A stretch of 24,000 nt of DNA from Candidatus Methylomirabilota bacterium (GTDB lineage: Archaea; Thermoproteota; Bathyarchaeia; 40CM-2-53-6): contig DATKOK010000073.1 of the NCBI GenBank assembly GCA_035524675.1, positions 1-24,000 of the forward strand, written 5' to 3'. A program made the position numbers and the translations under genes. Each line of letters begins with the position of its first letter. Positions within the stretch are counted from its first letter, which is position 1. The notes under the pieces are model-generated. The model did not search any database. It was not told the DNA's origin and worked only from the letters and a program-made list of their open reading frames with translations. Of the stretch, positions 1-8,523 are shown one piece after another.

Positions 1-3
1 GAA

Positions 4-792
4 ATGTCTAAGCTCGCAGTAACTTTCGACCTGTGGGACACGCTTCTGAATGATCAAGCTGGATATGATAGAGAGCGTCGTGAGATGCGATGCACAGGAA
101 TATTGAACGTTCTCAAATCTCACGGCCTCGAGCCTTCTTGGAGTAAACTTCTTGAAGCATACGATAAAAGCGGGACATGGCTTCAGACCGCATGGCAGAC
201 ACATAAGGAAATCTCAACCCTGGATCAGGCCCGGCGCATCGCCATTGAATCGGTTGAGAGTCTGCCTCAGAGTCCTGGGTTAATGCAGGAACTCGACAAC
301 GCCTACGTCAAGCCAGTCTTAGAGCTTCCACCACGGTTGAGTGGTGAGGCTTTTGAGACTCTCAATGGAATCCGCGATCGTTCGCTCAAGATTGGGTTGA
401 TCTGCAACATCGGACGGAGCTCAGGCAGGATTCTCAGACATCTTCTGACAGACTTCCGTATTCTGGATTTTTTCGCCGCCACCATCTTCTCTGACGAAAT
501 CGGAATCCGCAAACCTGACAGGAGAATCTTCGAAGCTGCCGCAAACAAACTTAACGTTGACATCTCAACAATCGTTCACGTAGGCGATCATCCGGAAGCA
601 GATGCGTGGGGGGCTAAACGTGCAGGTATGAAAGCAGTTCTCCTTGAACTACCCGCTGAACTTCTTGAAGGACGTGACCTAGCCTCGCTATGGAGATCGA
701 CCAAAAGCATTCCGGATTCCGACGTACAGCCAGACGCTCGGATCAGATCACTGAAAGAAACTTTGAGTTTCGTCGATCGCTATGCCACTTAA
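4..792 (+). CDS. HAD-superfamily hydrolase (subfamily IA-like phosphatase/dehalogenase fold)
   Basis: HAD motifs are visible in the translation. Motif I is FDLWDTL (nucleophile Asp plus the second Asp). The motif III Lys lies in GIRKPD. Motif IV is VHVGDHPEADAWGAKRAG. ATG at 4, TAA at 790-792. Confidence 0.8.
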   Translation: MSKLAVTFDLWDTLLNDQAGYDRERREMRCTGILNVLKSHGLEPSWSKLLEAYDKSGTWLQTAWQTHKEISTLDQARRIAIESVESLPQSPGLMQELDNAYVKPVLELPPRLSGEAFETLNGIRDRSLKIGLICNIGRSSGRILRHLLTDFRILDFFAATIFSDEIGIRKPDRRIFEAAANKLNVDISTIVHVGDHPEADAWGAKRAGMKAVLLELPAELLEGRDLASLWRSTKSIPDSDVQPDARIRSLKETLSFVDRYAT

Positions 793-959
793 CGACAGCG
801 CCTAACTTGGACGAATGACTCTCTAGGGGTTTATTCTGATGACTGGACAATCATCCTGTTGGGGTTTGATAAGATCGCTGTTAAATCCCACGTCGTCGAA
901 TCTATAATGGTGAGAGAACGAGCAGTCCTGCTCTCAATGTTCTGCCCTACCTCCTCATA

Positions 960-1130
960 TTGGGTACACTAGTCCTCCTAGCCAGGTTCATCCTCGGATT
1001 ACACTACACGGGCTCCCGCAAAAGATTCAAAGAGAGCACCGTCATTACCGTTTTCATTATCGTGCTCGTTGCGTTTGCCGTCTTTCTCCTCTTCATGCAT
1101 TGCATCGAGTTAGGGATTTGCCATATCTAG
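960..1130 (+). CDS. Possible unannotated small two-TM membrane protein (56 aa from TTG 960; 62 aa if CTG 942 is used)
   Basis: I translated the frame that opens after TAA 882-884. It reads ..VLPYLLILGTLVLLARFILGLHYTGSRKRFKESTVITVFIIVLVAFAVFLLFMHCIELGICHI*. That is two hydrophobic helices separated by a basic loop (GSRKRFKES). It falls below the 60-aa cutoff of the ORF track. I recognise no homolog, and the start codon is uncertain. Confidence 0.25.
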   Translation: MGTLVLLARFILGLHYTGSRKRFKESTVITVFIIVLVAFAVFLLFMHCIELGICHI

Positions 1131-1147
1131 CCGACTACAGAGTCACA

Positions 1148-1173
1148 TTATAGAACGACTATAGAATATTTAG
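1148..1173 (+). promoter_or_regulatory. Candidate archaeal TATA region for the acd-like/hox transcription unit
   Basis: Tandem A/T boxes TTATAGAA (1148-1155) and CTATAGAATATTTAG (1159-1173) sit 60-85 nt upstream of the ATG at 1233. They lie in an otherwise non-coding 440-bp spacer. This rests on position and composition only. Confidence 0.2.
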
Positions 1174-1232
1174 CAAATCGGCTTAACGACCGCAGAGTCA
1201 AGATTTCCCCGTAAACAAAGGTCGCCGCAATC

Positions 1233-2006
1233 ATGTTGACAGGTTCAATCATTTCGAATGCTCTTGAACAGAAGCGCACTGCTCTGCTCGAGCCGGAGGC
1301 AAAGAACATCTGCAGAGCTTACAATCTTCCTGTCCCCGCATTCAAACTCGCCATCAATGTGAACCAGGCAGTTAAGTACGCTGAGAAGATCGGCTTTCCA
1401 GTTGTCATGAAGATCGTCTCTCCAGACATCCTTCACAAGACAGAGGCAGGCGGTGTCATTCTAGGTCTTCACACGAGAAAAGACGTCGAAAATGGGTTTT
1501 CGAAGCTCTTGTCAAACGCTAAAGCGTTCAAGAAGACCGCCAGGATTCATGGCGTGCTAATTGAACGCATGGCCCCGCCTGGACTCGAGGTTATCGTAGG
1601 CGGCATGCGTGACCAGCAATTCGGACCTGTGGTGATGTTCGGCTTGGGCGGAATATTCACACAAGTGCTCGAGGACGTCACTTTTGGTCTCGTCCCGATA
1701 AAGAAATCCGAAGTCCGCGAGATGATCAGAGGAATCAAAGGATACCAAGCGCTCACAGGATTCAGGGGCATGCTTCCCGTCGACGAAGGAGCCATTGCGT
1801 CGACTGTCGTTCAGGTCTCCAAGATCATGAATGAAAATCAACAGATCGGTCAAATAGACCTTAATCCAGTGAGGGCATACAGTCGCGGCTGTTCAGTGGT
1901 AGATGCACGAATCCTGCTTGCATCCGCGCACGGGACCAAGCGCGAGTTGACCAAGAATGATGGCTCCAGTCCAAGAAAAAAAACAAATTGCTCCACCTAC
2001 CGATGA
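1233..2006 (+). CDS. ATP-grasp protein resembling the beta subunit of ADP-forming acetyl/acyl-CoA synthetase (ACD)
   Basis: The layout is typical of ACD-beta / ATP-grasp_5: LLEPEAKNICRAYNLPVP, FPVVMKIVSPDILHKTEAGGV, VLIERMAPPGLEVIVGGMRDQQFGPVVMFGLGG and IDLNPV..VVDARILL. No alpha (CoA-binding) subunit is adjacent. The 3' tail overlaps hoxE by 50 nt. Confidence 0.75.
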   Translation: MLTGSIISNALEQKRTALLEPEAKNICRAYNLPVPAFKLAINVNQAVKYAEKIGFPVVMKIVSPDILHKTEAGGVILGLHTRKDVENGFSKLLSNAKAFKKTARIHGVLIERMAPPGLEVIVGGMRDQQFGPVVMFGLGGIFTQVLEDVTFGLVPIKKSEVREMIRGIKGYQALTGFRGMLPVDEGAIASTVVQVSKIMNENQQIGQIDLNPVRAYSRGCSVVDARILLASAHGTKRELTKNDGSSPRKKTNCSTYR

Positions 2007-2466
2007 CAAAAGGTGGAAGCTCGTCCAGGCGACGATGCGCCGTCACGGGCACGCTCCCAACTCGCTGATTGAAACGCTGCACACCGTGCAAGAAACCTTC
2101 GGTTTCCTAGAAAAGCGAAGCCTGGAATACGTGTCATTAGCCCTGCGTGTTCCCCTGAGTCGCGTTTACGGAGTTGCCACATTCTACCACTTCTTCACAC
2201 TCAAACCCCCAGGTGAACACGTCTGCGTCGTGTGCATGGGCACGGCTTGTTACATCAGGGGAGCCCAGAAAGTGCTTCAAGATATCGAGCAGACAGCAGG
2301 AACCAAACCGGGGGAAACGTCCCCTAACGGTCGCGTATCACTCGTGACTGCACGTTGCCTCGGATCATGTGGCCTTGCACCAAACGCGGTCTTCGACGGC
2401 GAAGTCGTTGGCAAGCTCACTCCAGCCGAAGCGCACAAACGAGTTGAAGGATGGATGAAGAAATGA
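1957..2466 (+). CDS. hoxE: HoxE, NuoE-like [2Fe-2S] diaphorase subunit of bidirectional [NiFe] hydrogenase
   Basis: NuoE/HoxE family features are present: LIETLHTVQETFGFL, and the Cys ligands CVVCMGTAC and CLGSCGLAP. It is followed directly by hoxF. Confidence 0.85.
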   Translation: MMAPVQEKKQIAPPTDDKRWKLVQATMRRHGHAPNSLIETLHTVQETFGFLEKRSLEYVSLALRVPLSRVYGVATFYHFFTLKPPGEHVCVVCMGTACYIRGAQKVLQDIEQTAGTKPGETSPNGRVSLVTARCLGSCGLAPNAVFDGEVVGKLTPAEAHKRVEGWMKK

Positions 2467-4100
2467 ACGGCGAAGATCTTGCCAAAATAATGGACGAAGA
2501 GAAACGGAACAAAAAATCTCAGCCGCACCAAATACACGTCTGTATCGCAGCAGCATGCTTGTCGGCGCATAGCGAAAGTCTAAAGGAAGATTTCGTCAAG
2601 GAAATCAAACGCCGAGGAATGGATCACCAATGCAAGGTGAAAGGTGTAGGATGTCTCGGCCTATGCGCTCAAGCACCACTCGTCTCAGTAGAGAGTGAAG
2701 GAGTACTCTATCACGATGTCACGCCTCAAAATGTCCCGCAAATTATCGACGGCCTCGGAAGGAAACCCGTGAAAGAAATTCAAGCATCACTCGAAGTACC
2801 ATTCTTCAGCCGACAGCATAGGGTTGTGCTTGACAATTGCGGGAAAGTTGATCCAGAACGAATTGAAGATTACATCAGCCTCGGCGGCTATTCAGCCCTA
2901 CTCAAAGCACTAAATGAGATGCGCCCACCAGAAGTAATCGAGCAAGTCACTCGCAGCGGGCTTCGAGGACGAGGCGGGGCAGGATACCCAACAGGACTCA
3001 AGTGGAGTACTGTCTCCAAAGCAGTTGGAACAAGAAAATTCGTAGTATGCAATGCCGACGAAGGTGACCCTGGAGCCTTCATGGATCGTACCATTCTGGC
3101 CAGCGATCCCCACAAAGTTTTGGAGGGCATGGCAATAGCCGCATATGCAGTCGGCGCATCAGAAGGTTACATTTACGTTCGAGCCGAATACCCGTTAGCC
3201 GTCAAACGACTCAGAACTGCAGTTCATCAGGCAGAACGGTTGAATATACTCGGGAAGAATATTCTCGGCACTCAGTTCAACTTCAGCATAGAAATCCGGC
3301 TCGGTGCAGGCGCCTTTGTCTGCGGAGAAGAAACAGCACTTCTCGCTTCAATCGAAGGAAAAAGAGGAACACCCCGTCCTCGACCACCTTACCCTGCCGA
3401 ATCAGGATTATGGAACAATCCCACTTTGCTCAACAATGTCGAGACATACGCTCATGTTCCACGCATAATCGCAGAAGGCGGGGAATGGTACTCGAAACTT
3501 GGCACAGAGAAGAGCAAGGGCACAAAGATGTTTGCACTCGCAGGACGAGTTACAAACACTGGACTAATTGAAGTACCAATGGGAATCACGCTCCGTGAAA
3601 TAATCTTCGATATAGGAGGCATTCCGGAAGGCCATAAATTCAAAGCAGTGCAGACAGGCGGACCATCCGGAGGATGCGTCCCAGAGCAATACCTTGACAC
3701 TCCAGTCGACTACGAGTCCCTAACAAGACTAGGGTCCATCATGGGATCAGGAGGAATGATCGTGATGGACGAAACATCATGCATGGTCGACGTTGCGAAA
3801 TATTTCATGGACTTCTGCAAGAGCGAATCTTGCGGCAAATGTATTCCATGCCGCGTCGGCACAGCCCAAATGCATGACATCCTGACCAAGATTACGAACG
3901 GAACCGCAACCATGAATGATCTCGCAACACTCGAAGAGTTGTGCGACGTCGTTCAAAACACAAGCCTCTGCGGTCTAGGACAGACAGCTCCCAACTCGAT
4001 CCTTAGCACGTTACGTTACTTCCGAGATGAATACCTCGCACATATACAACGCAGAACATGTCCGGCCGGAGTCTGCAAGCTACAGGAGCCGTCCACCTAA
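2451..4100 (+). CDS. hoxF: HoxF, NuoF-like NAD(H)/FMN/[4Fe-4S] diaphorase subunit with N-terminal thioredoxin-like [2Fe-2S] domain
   Basis: Motifs seen: [24 protein letters not shown], and the 4Fe-4S site [18 protein letters not shown]-terminal Cys motifs are CIAAAC and GCLGLC. The start is either ATG 2451 or the in-frame ATG 2463, which forms an ATGA overlap with the hoxE stop. Confidence 0.9.
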   Translation: MDEEMNGEDLAKIMDEEKRNKKSQPHQIHVCIAAACLSAHSESLKEDFVKEIKRRGMDHQCKVKGVGCLGLCAQAPLVSVESEGVLYHDVTPQNVPQIIDGLGRKPVKEIQASLEVPFFSRQHRVVLDNCGKVDPERIEDYISLGGYSALLKALNEMRPPEVIEQVTRSGLRGRGGAGYPTGLKWSTVSKAVGTRKFVVCNADEGDPGAFMDRTILASDPHKVLEGMAIAAYAVGASEGYIYVRAEYPLAVKRLRTAVHQAERLNILGKNILGTQFNFSIEIRLGAGAFVCGEETALLASIEGKRGTPRPRPPYPAESGLWNNPTLLNNVETYAHVPRIIAEGGEWYSKLGTEKSKGTKMFALAGRVTNTGLIEVPMGITLREIIFDIGGIPEGHKFKAVQTGGPSGGCVPEQYLDTPVDYESLTRLGSIMGSGGMIVMDETSCMVDVAKYFMDFCKSESCGKCIPCRVGTAQMHDILTKITNGTATMNDLATLEELCDVVQNTSLCGLGQTAPNSILSTLRYFRDEYLAHIQRRTCPAGVCKLQEPST

Positions 4101-4819
4101 TGGCCACGGCAGTTCACGTCAAGACGTTCAAGATTGACGGCATAGACGTCAGTGGTCGCGAGAACGAGACCATCCTACAAGTCGCACAGGAGAACGGAGT
4201 CTTCATCCCCACACTCTGCCAAGTGAATGGACTATCCTCAGTCGGGGCTTGCCGATTGTGCTTAGTTGAAATAAAGGGCAGACCAAAACTTTTCCCCGCA
4301 TGCACGCTCCCAACAGAAGAAGGCATAGAAGTCGTAACGCAATCCGAGCGACTAAGCAAGTACCGCCGCATGATTCTTGAACTATTGTTCTCGGAACGCA
4401 ACCATATCTGTGCAGTATGCGTGTCAAACGGACATTGTGATCTCCAGGACTTAGCGCAGAAACTAGGAATGACTCATGTCCGCTTTCCATACCGTCATCC
4501 ACTCATGTCAGTCGATGCTTCACACAAACAATTCATCATCGACCATAACCGCTGCATTCTGTGCACTCGCTGCGTCCGCGTCTGCGATGAAATTGAAGGA
4601 GCTCACACCTGGGACGTCATGGGACGAGGCATAGACAACCGAGTAATCGTCGACCTAGACCAGCCCTGGGGAACATCAGAAACCTGCACAAATTGTGGCA
4701 AATGCGTACAAGTCTGCCCCACCGGCGCGCTCTTTGAAAAAGGAAACGCAGTTGGAGAAATGAACAAGAGAAGACAGTTCCTGAGTTACCTAACTGTGAT
4801 GCGAGGGGCTGGAACCTGA
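4100..4819 (+). CDS. hoxU: HoxU, NuoG-N-terminal-like Fe-S subunit ([2Fe-2S] plus [4Fe-4S] clusters)
   Basis: The sequence begins [17 protein letters not shown]. Cluster motifs are [19 protein letters not shown] (2Fe-2S), [23 protein letters not shown] and [13 protein letters not shown] prefer ATG 4100 (TAATG overlap with the hoxF stop) over the tracked 4058 start. Confidence 0.9.
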   Translation: MATAVHVKTFKIDGIDVSGRENETILQVAQENGVFIPTLCQVNGLSSVGACRLCLVEIKGRPKLFPACTLPTEEGIEVVTQSERLSKYRRMILELLFSERNHICAVCVSNGHCDLQDLAQKLGMTHVRFPYRHPLMSVDASHKQFIIDHNRCILCTRCVRVCDEIEGAHTWDVMGRGIDNRVIVDLDQPWGTSETCTNCGKCVQVCPTGALFEKGNAVGEMNKRRQFLSYLTVMRGAGT

Positions 4820-5346
4820 AAGCAAGAATCGCGACCGTCTGGCTGGACGGATGTTCCGGATGTCACATGTCCCTCCTTGACATGGACCAACGCCTGCTTG
4901 AACTAGCCGACAAGATTGATCTGGTCTATAGCCCTCTTGTGGATGCAAAAGAGTTCCCCGAGAATGTAGACGTAACGCTCGTCGAAGGATCAATAAGCAA
5001 TGAAGAGAACCTGGAACAGATTCGACGGATACGCGAGAGAACCAAGATTCTAGTCTCACTAGGCGATTGTGCAGTAACGGGAAACGTCCCATCAATGCGA
5101 AACGAATTCCCCGTAGATCAAGTAATCGACGCCGCATACCATATGCACAACAGAACGGATACAAAGTTTCAGTTCGAGGGAGTACCCAAACTCCTGAAGA
5201 CAGTCACACCCGTTCACTCGGCAGTGAAGGTCGACCTCGTCGTGCCTGGGTGTCCACCCTCGGCAGACGTCATCCACTATACCATAACAGAACTCCTGGA
5301 AGGCAGAATCCCAGACCTAACCACACGGACCCGCTTCGGCAAATAA
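4816..5346 (+). CDS. hoxY: HoxY, [NiFe] hydrogenase small subunit (proximal cluster only), apparent CTG start
   Basis: The in-frame sequence upstream of the tracked ATG 4867 reads [17 protein letters not shown]. That is the conserved small-subunit N-terminus and carries two proximal-cluster Cys. Later ligands are GDCAVTG and VPGCPP. There is no ATG/GTG/TTG between the upstream stop (4735-4737) and 4867. CTG 4816 overlaps the hoxU TGA (CTGA), and GAGGGG lies 7 nt upstream. Confidence 0.85.
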   Translation: MKARIATVWLDGCSGCHMSLLDMDQRLLELADKIDLVYSPLVDAKEFPENVDVTLVEGSISNEENLEQIRRIRERTKILVSLGDCAVTGNVPSMRNEFPVDQVIDAAYHMHNRTDTKFQFEGVPKLLKTVTPVHSAVKVDLVVPGCPPSADVIHYTITELLEGRIPDLTTRTRFGK

Positions 5347-5358
5347 CGGTGAGAAAGA

Positions 5359-6780
5359 ATGAGAACAATCGAGATCAAGCCTGTAACTCGCATAGAGGGA
5401 CATGCAAGAATCACAATTGAACTCGACGAAGAGGGAAGCGTACACGACGCGCACTTCCATATCACTCAGTTCCGAGGGTTTGAAAAGTTCTGTGAAGGTC
5501 GCCCATTCTATGAAATGCCCTCACTAATGGCCCGAATATGTGGCATCTGCACGATCAGCCACATGCTTGCTTCAGCAAAAGCTTGCGAAGCCTTAATGGC
5601 CGTACGAGTGCCAGAGACAGCAATCAAACTACGCCGTGTCGCCAACTTAGCGCAGATGATCCAGTCGCATGCCCTAAGCTTCTTCTACCTTGCTGCACCA
5701 GACCTACTCCTCGGAATGGACGCAGACCCGGCCCAACGTAACATATACGGGCTCATGAAAACGAACCCACAATTTGTACGCGACGGCGTCCGACTTCGAC
5801 AATTCGGGCAAGAGATAATTGAGCTCCTCGCTGGCAAACGATTACACCCGACATGGATAGTTCCCGGAGGAGTAAACTCACCTCTCACAGTTGAGACCAG
5901 AGACAAAATCCTCGCATCAATTCCTGAAGCATTAGGCATCATACAGCGCACGTTGAACTGGTACAAGACCGTCCTTGACAATTACCGCGAAGAGATTCGC
6001 ACCTTCGCAACCTTCCCGTCCCTATTCATGGGTCTCGTAACTCCGACAGGAGAGCTGGAACATTACCATGGACGCCTGAGAGTCGTTGATCCAACCGGAA
6101 CTATCGTAGAGGACCAAATCGACCCCAAGCTATATCCAAGCTACATCGAGGAAGAAGTACTACCATACTCATATCTCAAGGCCCCCTACTACAAATCGCG
6201 CGGATACCCAGAAGGAATCTACCGCGTAGGACCACTTGCACGCCTCAACATAATAGACCGCACTGGGACACCAAGAGCAGAGGAAGAATGGGTCGAGTAC
6301 AGAGCGCTCAGAAGACAGGCTAACCTAAGCAACTTTCACAACCACTATGCCAGATTGATCGAAATCCTCTACTCCATCGAACGAATTGAACAACACCTAA
6401 ACGACCCTGAAATTACAAGCAGTCACGTCCGAGCATACGCCTCACCTAACAATAACGAAGGCATAGGCGTCACAGAAGCCCCTCGAGGAACATTGATACA
6501 CCATTACAAAATCAACGAAGATGGGCTAGTAAACTGGGCGAACCTCATAGTCGCGACCGGCCACAATAACCTCGCAATGAATCGTGGCGTACTACAAGTC
6601 GCAAAACATTTCGTGACAGGAAACCATCTGCAGGAAGGCATCCTAAACCGCGTGGAAGCAGTTATCAGAACCTTCGACCCCTGTCTAAGTTGCTCAACCC
6701 ACGCAATAGGCCAGATGCCACTTGACATACGTCTCATGGATGCTCAAGGTCGCACGCTAGACCGTCTGAAACGAGATTGA
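5359..6780 (+). CDS. hoxH: HoxH, [NiFe] hydrogenase large (catalytic) subunit
   Basis: RIEGH and RICGICTISH provide the N-terminal CxxC ligands. The C-terminal DPCLSCSTH is followed by a 25-aa tail, which is the expected protease substrate. The gene is partnered with hoxEFUY, the group 3d architecture. Confidence 0.95.
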   Translation: MRTIEIKPVTRIEGHARITIELDEEGSVHDAHFHITQFRGFEKFCEGRPFYEMPSLMARICGICTISHMLASAKACEALMAVRVPETAIKLRRVANLAQMIQSHALSFFYLAAPDLLLGMDADPAQRNIYGLMKTNPQFVRDGVRLRQFGQEIIELLAGKRLHPTWIVPGGVNSPLTVETRDKILASIPEALGIIQRTLNWYKTVLDNYREEIRTFATFPSLFMGLVTPTGELEHYHGRLRVVDPTGTIVEDQIDPKLYPSYIEEEVLPYSYLKAPYYKSRGYPEGIYRVGPLARLNIIDRTGTPRAEEEWVEYRALRRQANLSNFHNHYARLIEILYSIERIEQHLNDPEITSSHVRAYASPNNNEGIGVTEAPRGTLIHHYKINEDGLVNWANLIVATGHNNLAMNRGVLQVAKHFVTGNHLQEGILNRVEAVIRTFDPCLSCSTHAIGQMPLDIRLMDAQGRTLDRLKRD

Positions 6781-7226
6781 ATCAAGTGCACTCCGTGTTA
6801 GTGATAGGATACGGAAATAGTCTACGCGGAGACGACGGAATCGGCATAGCAGCCGCCGAACAGCTCCGTGACACCATACAAAACAGCCGAGTAAGAATCA
6901 TTACATGTCAACAATTAACCCCAGAACTCGCAAACGAGATGAGCAAAGTCGACCGCGTAATAATGATTGACGCCGCCAAAGGAGAAACACCGGGTCAAGT
7001 CACAGTCACGAAAATCGAAACAAGCAATGACTCAGCGACATTCACACATGAACTTCAACCATCCACACTGCTAGCATGCTCACAAGAACTCTACGGGAAA
7101 AATCCCGCAACATACCTTGTATCTGTAACAGGATACTCATTCGACTTTAGTGACGAATTATCGGATGGCGTAACGCTGATCATGCCTCAAGTTCTCACGC
7201 GAATTCGCGAACTCATAGATCAATAA
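6777..7226 (+). CDS. hoxW: HoxW-type hydrogenase maturation endopeptidase
   Basis: The N-terminal VLVIGYGNSLRGDDGIG motif matches HoxW/HybD/HycI proteases. The gene sits immediately 3' of hoxH. The start is TTG 6777 (TTGA overlap with the hoxH stop) or the in-frame GTG 6786. Confidence 0.85.
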   Translation: MNQVHSVLVIGYGNSLRGDDGIGIAAAEQLRDTIQNSRVRIITCQQLTPELANEMSKVDRVIMIDAAKGETPGQVTVTKIETSNDSATFTHELQPSTLLACSQELYGKNPATYLVSVTGYSFDFSDELSDGVTLIMPQVLTRIRELIDQ

Positions 7227-7315
7227 GACTCATAGTCAGAGGGTTACCCAGGACTCCTTGGTGACTAGCTAATATAGAGTGAAGCAGCCTACAAACTACT
7301 CGAGGATTAACTGAA

Positions 7316-7750
7316 TTGGAGTTTCGATTCTGGTACACCGGCATTCGCGTACGGGACCTTGACGGCGCAATCAATTTCTTCACAAAAATCCTTGGTATGA
7401 AGCTTGAGTCCAGGGTGAAGGCGCCCCGGAATAAGGGAGAATTCGCTAACCTAACAAGCGCAGGCGGAAAGCATTGGCTGGAATTGAACTGGTACGCTGA
7501 GGGCAGTCCTGTCGCGGGCCCGTTTCGTGAAGGCGAAGAACTCGACCATCTCGGCTTCCAAGTAGATGACTTCAACAAAGCGCTGGACCGACTCAGAGAC
7601 GCAGGGTATCCAGTTGTTCTAGGCCCTCACCATGGCGAAGGCTGGAGCGTCGCCTTCGTGAAGGCATTCGATGGAATTTGGCTAGACATATTCAAAATGC
7701 CAATAAAGAAAGAGACCAAAACGAAATCCAAAATCCGAAGACGCCGTTAA
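7316..7750 (+). CDS. VOC/glyoxalase I-family protein with a highly basic C-terminal tail
   Basis: WYTGIRVRDLDGAINFFTKILGM and ELDHLGFQVDDFNKALDRLRDAGYPVV fit the paired beta-alpha-beta-beta-beta VOC modules. The start is TTG. The tail is KKETKTKSKIRRRR. Confidence 0.7.
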   Translation: MEFRFWYTGIRVRDLDGAINFFTKILGMKLESRVKAPRNKGEFANLTSAGGKHWLELNWYAEGSPVAGPFREGEELDHLGFQVDDFNKALDRLRDAGYPVVLGPHHGEGWSVAFVKAFDGIWLDIFKMPIKKETKTKSKIRRRR

Positions 7751-7787
7751 CAATCCTGCATAACCCCCGCAATACGGTGAACACGAG

Positions 7788-8519
7788 GTGGCTTCAAACG
7801 AGAAGGTACAGGGACTCTCAAAAGAGACTTGGCGAAAAGTCATCCAAGCAATCGAAGACTCAATCCCCCTATACGATCACGTGAATGATCTCATATCATT
7901 CGGCAAGGCACAAATGGCAAGAACCTACGCGATTGAAAACTTGAATCTGTACAACGGTTCAATAGTCCTCGATGGCGGGATAGGCCCAGGAACCACTTCC
8001 CGCCTGATACTTACCAAAATCAAACCCAGCATGCTGATTGGATTAGACGGATCAACACGGCAGCTCGAAACTGCCAAGGCGAACCTTAACGAACGCCGCG
8101 AGATGCTACACCTCGTGAATGCCTCATTTGAATACCTACCATTCAGGGAAGATATGTTCGATGCAATCATCACCTGTTATGCATTACGAGATAGCCTCGA
8201 CCTACCAAGATCGATATCAGAGTACGCGAGAATCTGTAAGGAAGATGGGGTATTTGCAGACGTCGACATTGGAAAATCAGATAACACAATCAAACGCGCC
8301 ATGAGCGTCCTATACGTCAAGTACCTCATGCCTCTACTTGCGAAGATGGCAATCCGACATCAGATGAAAACTAACCCCTGGAGAATGATTGCACCAACAT
8401 ACGATTCGTTACCGCCTAATAGTTCATTGCTGGAAATGTTGCAACGCTATTTTCCCAACATTCAAGCGAAAGAATTCCTGAATGGCGGCATCATCGTTAT
8501 AATGAGCCGTAAACGCTGA
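7788..8519 (+). CDS. Class I SAM-dependent methyltransferase, UbiE/MenG (demethylmenaquinone methyltransferase)-like
   Basis: It has the UbiE-type N-terminal signature YDHVNDLISFG and the SAM motif I VLDGGIGPGTTS. Context also supports it: a MenA-like prenyltransferase starts 5 nt downstream. Confidence 0.7.
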   Translation: MASNEKVQGLSKETWRKVIQAIEDSIPLYDHVNDLISFGKAQMARTYAIENLNLYNGSIVLDGGIGPGTTSRLILTKIKPSMLIGLDGSTRQLETAKANLNERREMLHLVNASFEYLPFREDMFDAIITCYALRDSLDLPRSISEYARICKEDGVFADVDIGKSDNTIKRAMSVLYVKYLMPLLAKMAIRHQMKTNPWRMIAPTYDSLPPNSSLLEMLQRYFPNIQAKEFLNGGIIVIMSRKR

Positions 8520-8523
8520 ACTC

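Noticed and set aside
1974-1983. A8 homopolymer in the acd-like/hoxE overlap as a possible programmed frameshift fusing the two proteins
   Set aside because: hoxE is in the +1 frame relative to the upstream gene, so a classical -1 slip on A-AAA-AAA would not enter the hoxE frame. hoxE also has its own ATG-ATG start. It is still worth a read-level check as a homopolymer error hotspot.
4058-4099. Tracked 5' extension of hoxU ([14 protein letters not shown]...) overlapping hoxF
   Set aside because: The extension is not conserved-looking and lies inside hoxF. ATG 4100 in a TAATG junction gives the normal HoxU N-terminus.
5067-5420. 117-aa plus-strand ORF overlapping the hoxY 3' half and the hoxH start
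   Set aside because: It is an alternative frame of hoxY with Arg/Pro-rich composition, and it spans a gene junction.
7213-7578. 121-aa minus-strand ORF opposite the VOC/glyoxalase gene
   Set aside because: It is an antisense shadow of a gene with clear family motifs, it is Ser/Pro/Arg-rich, and it has no recognisable domain.
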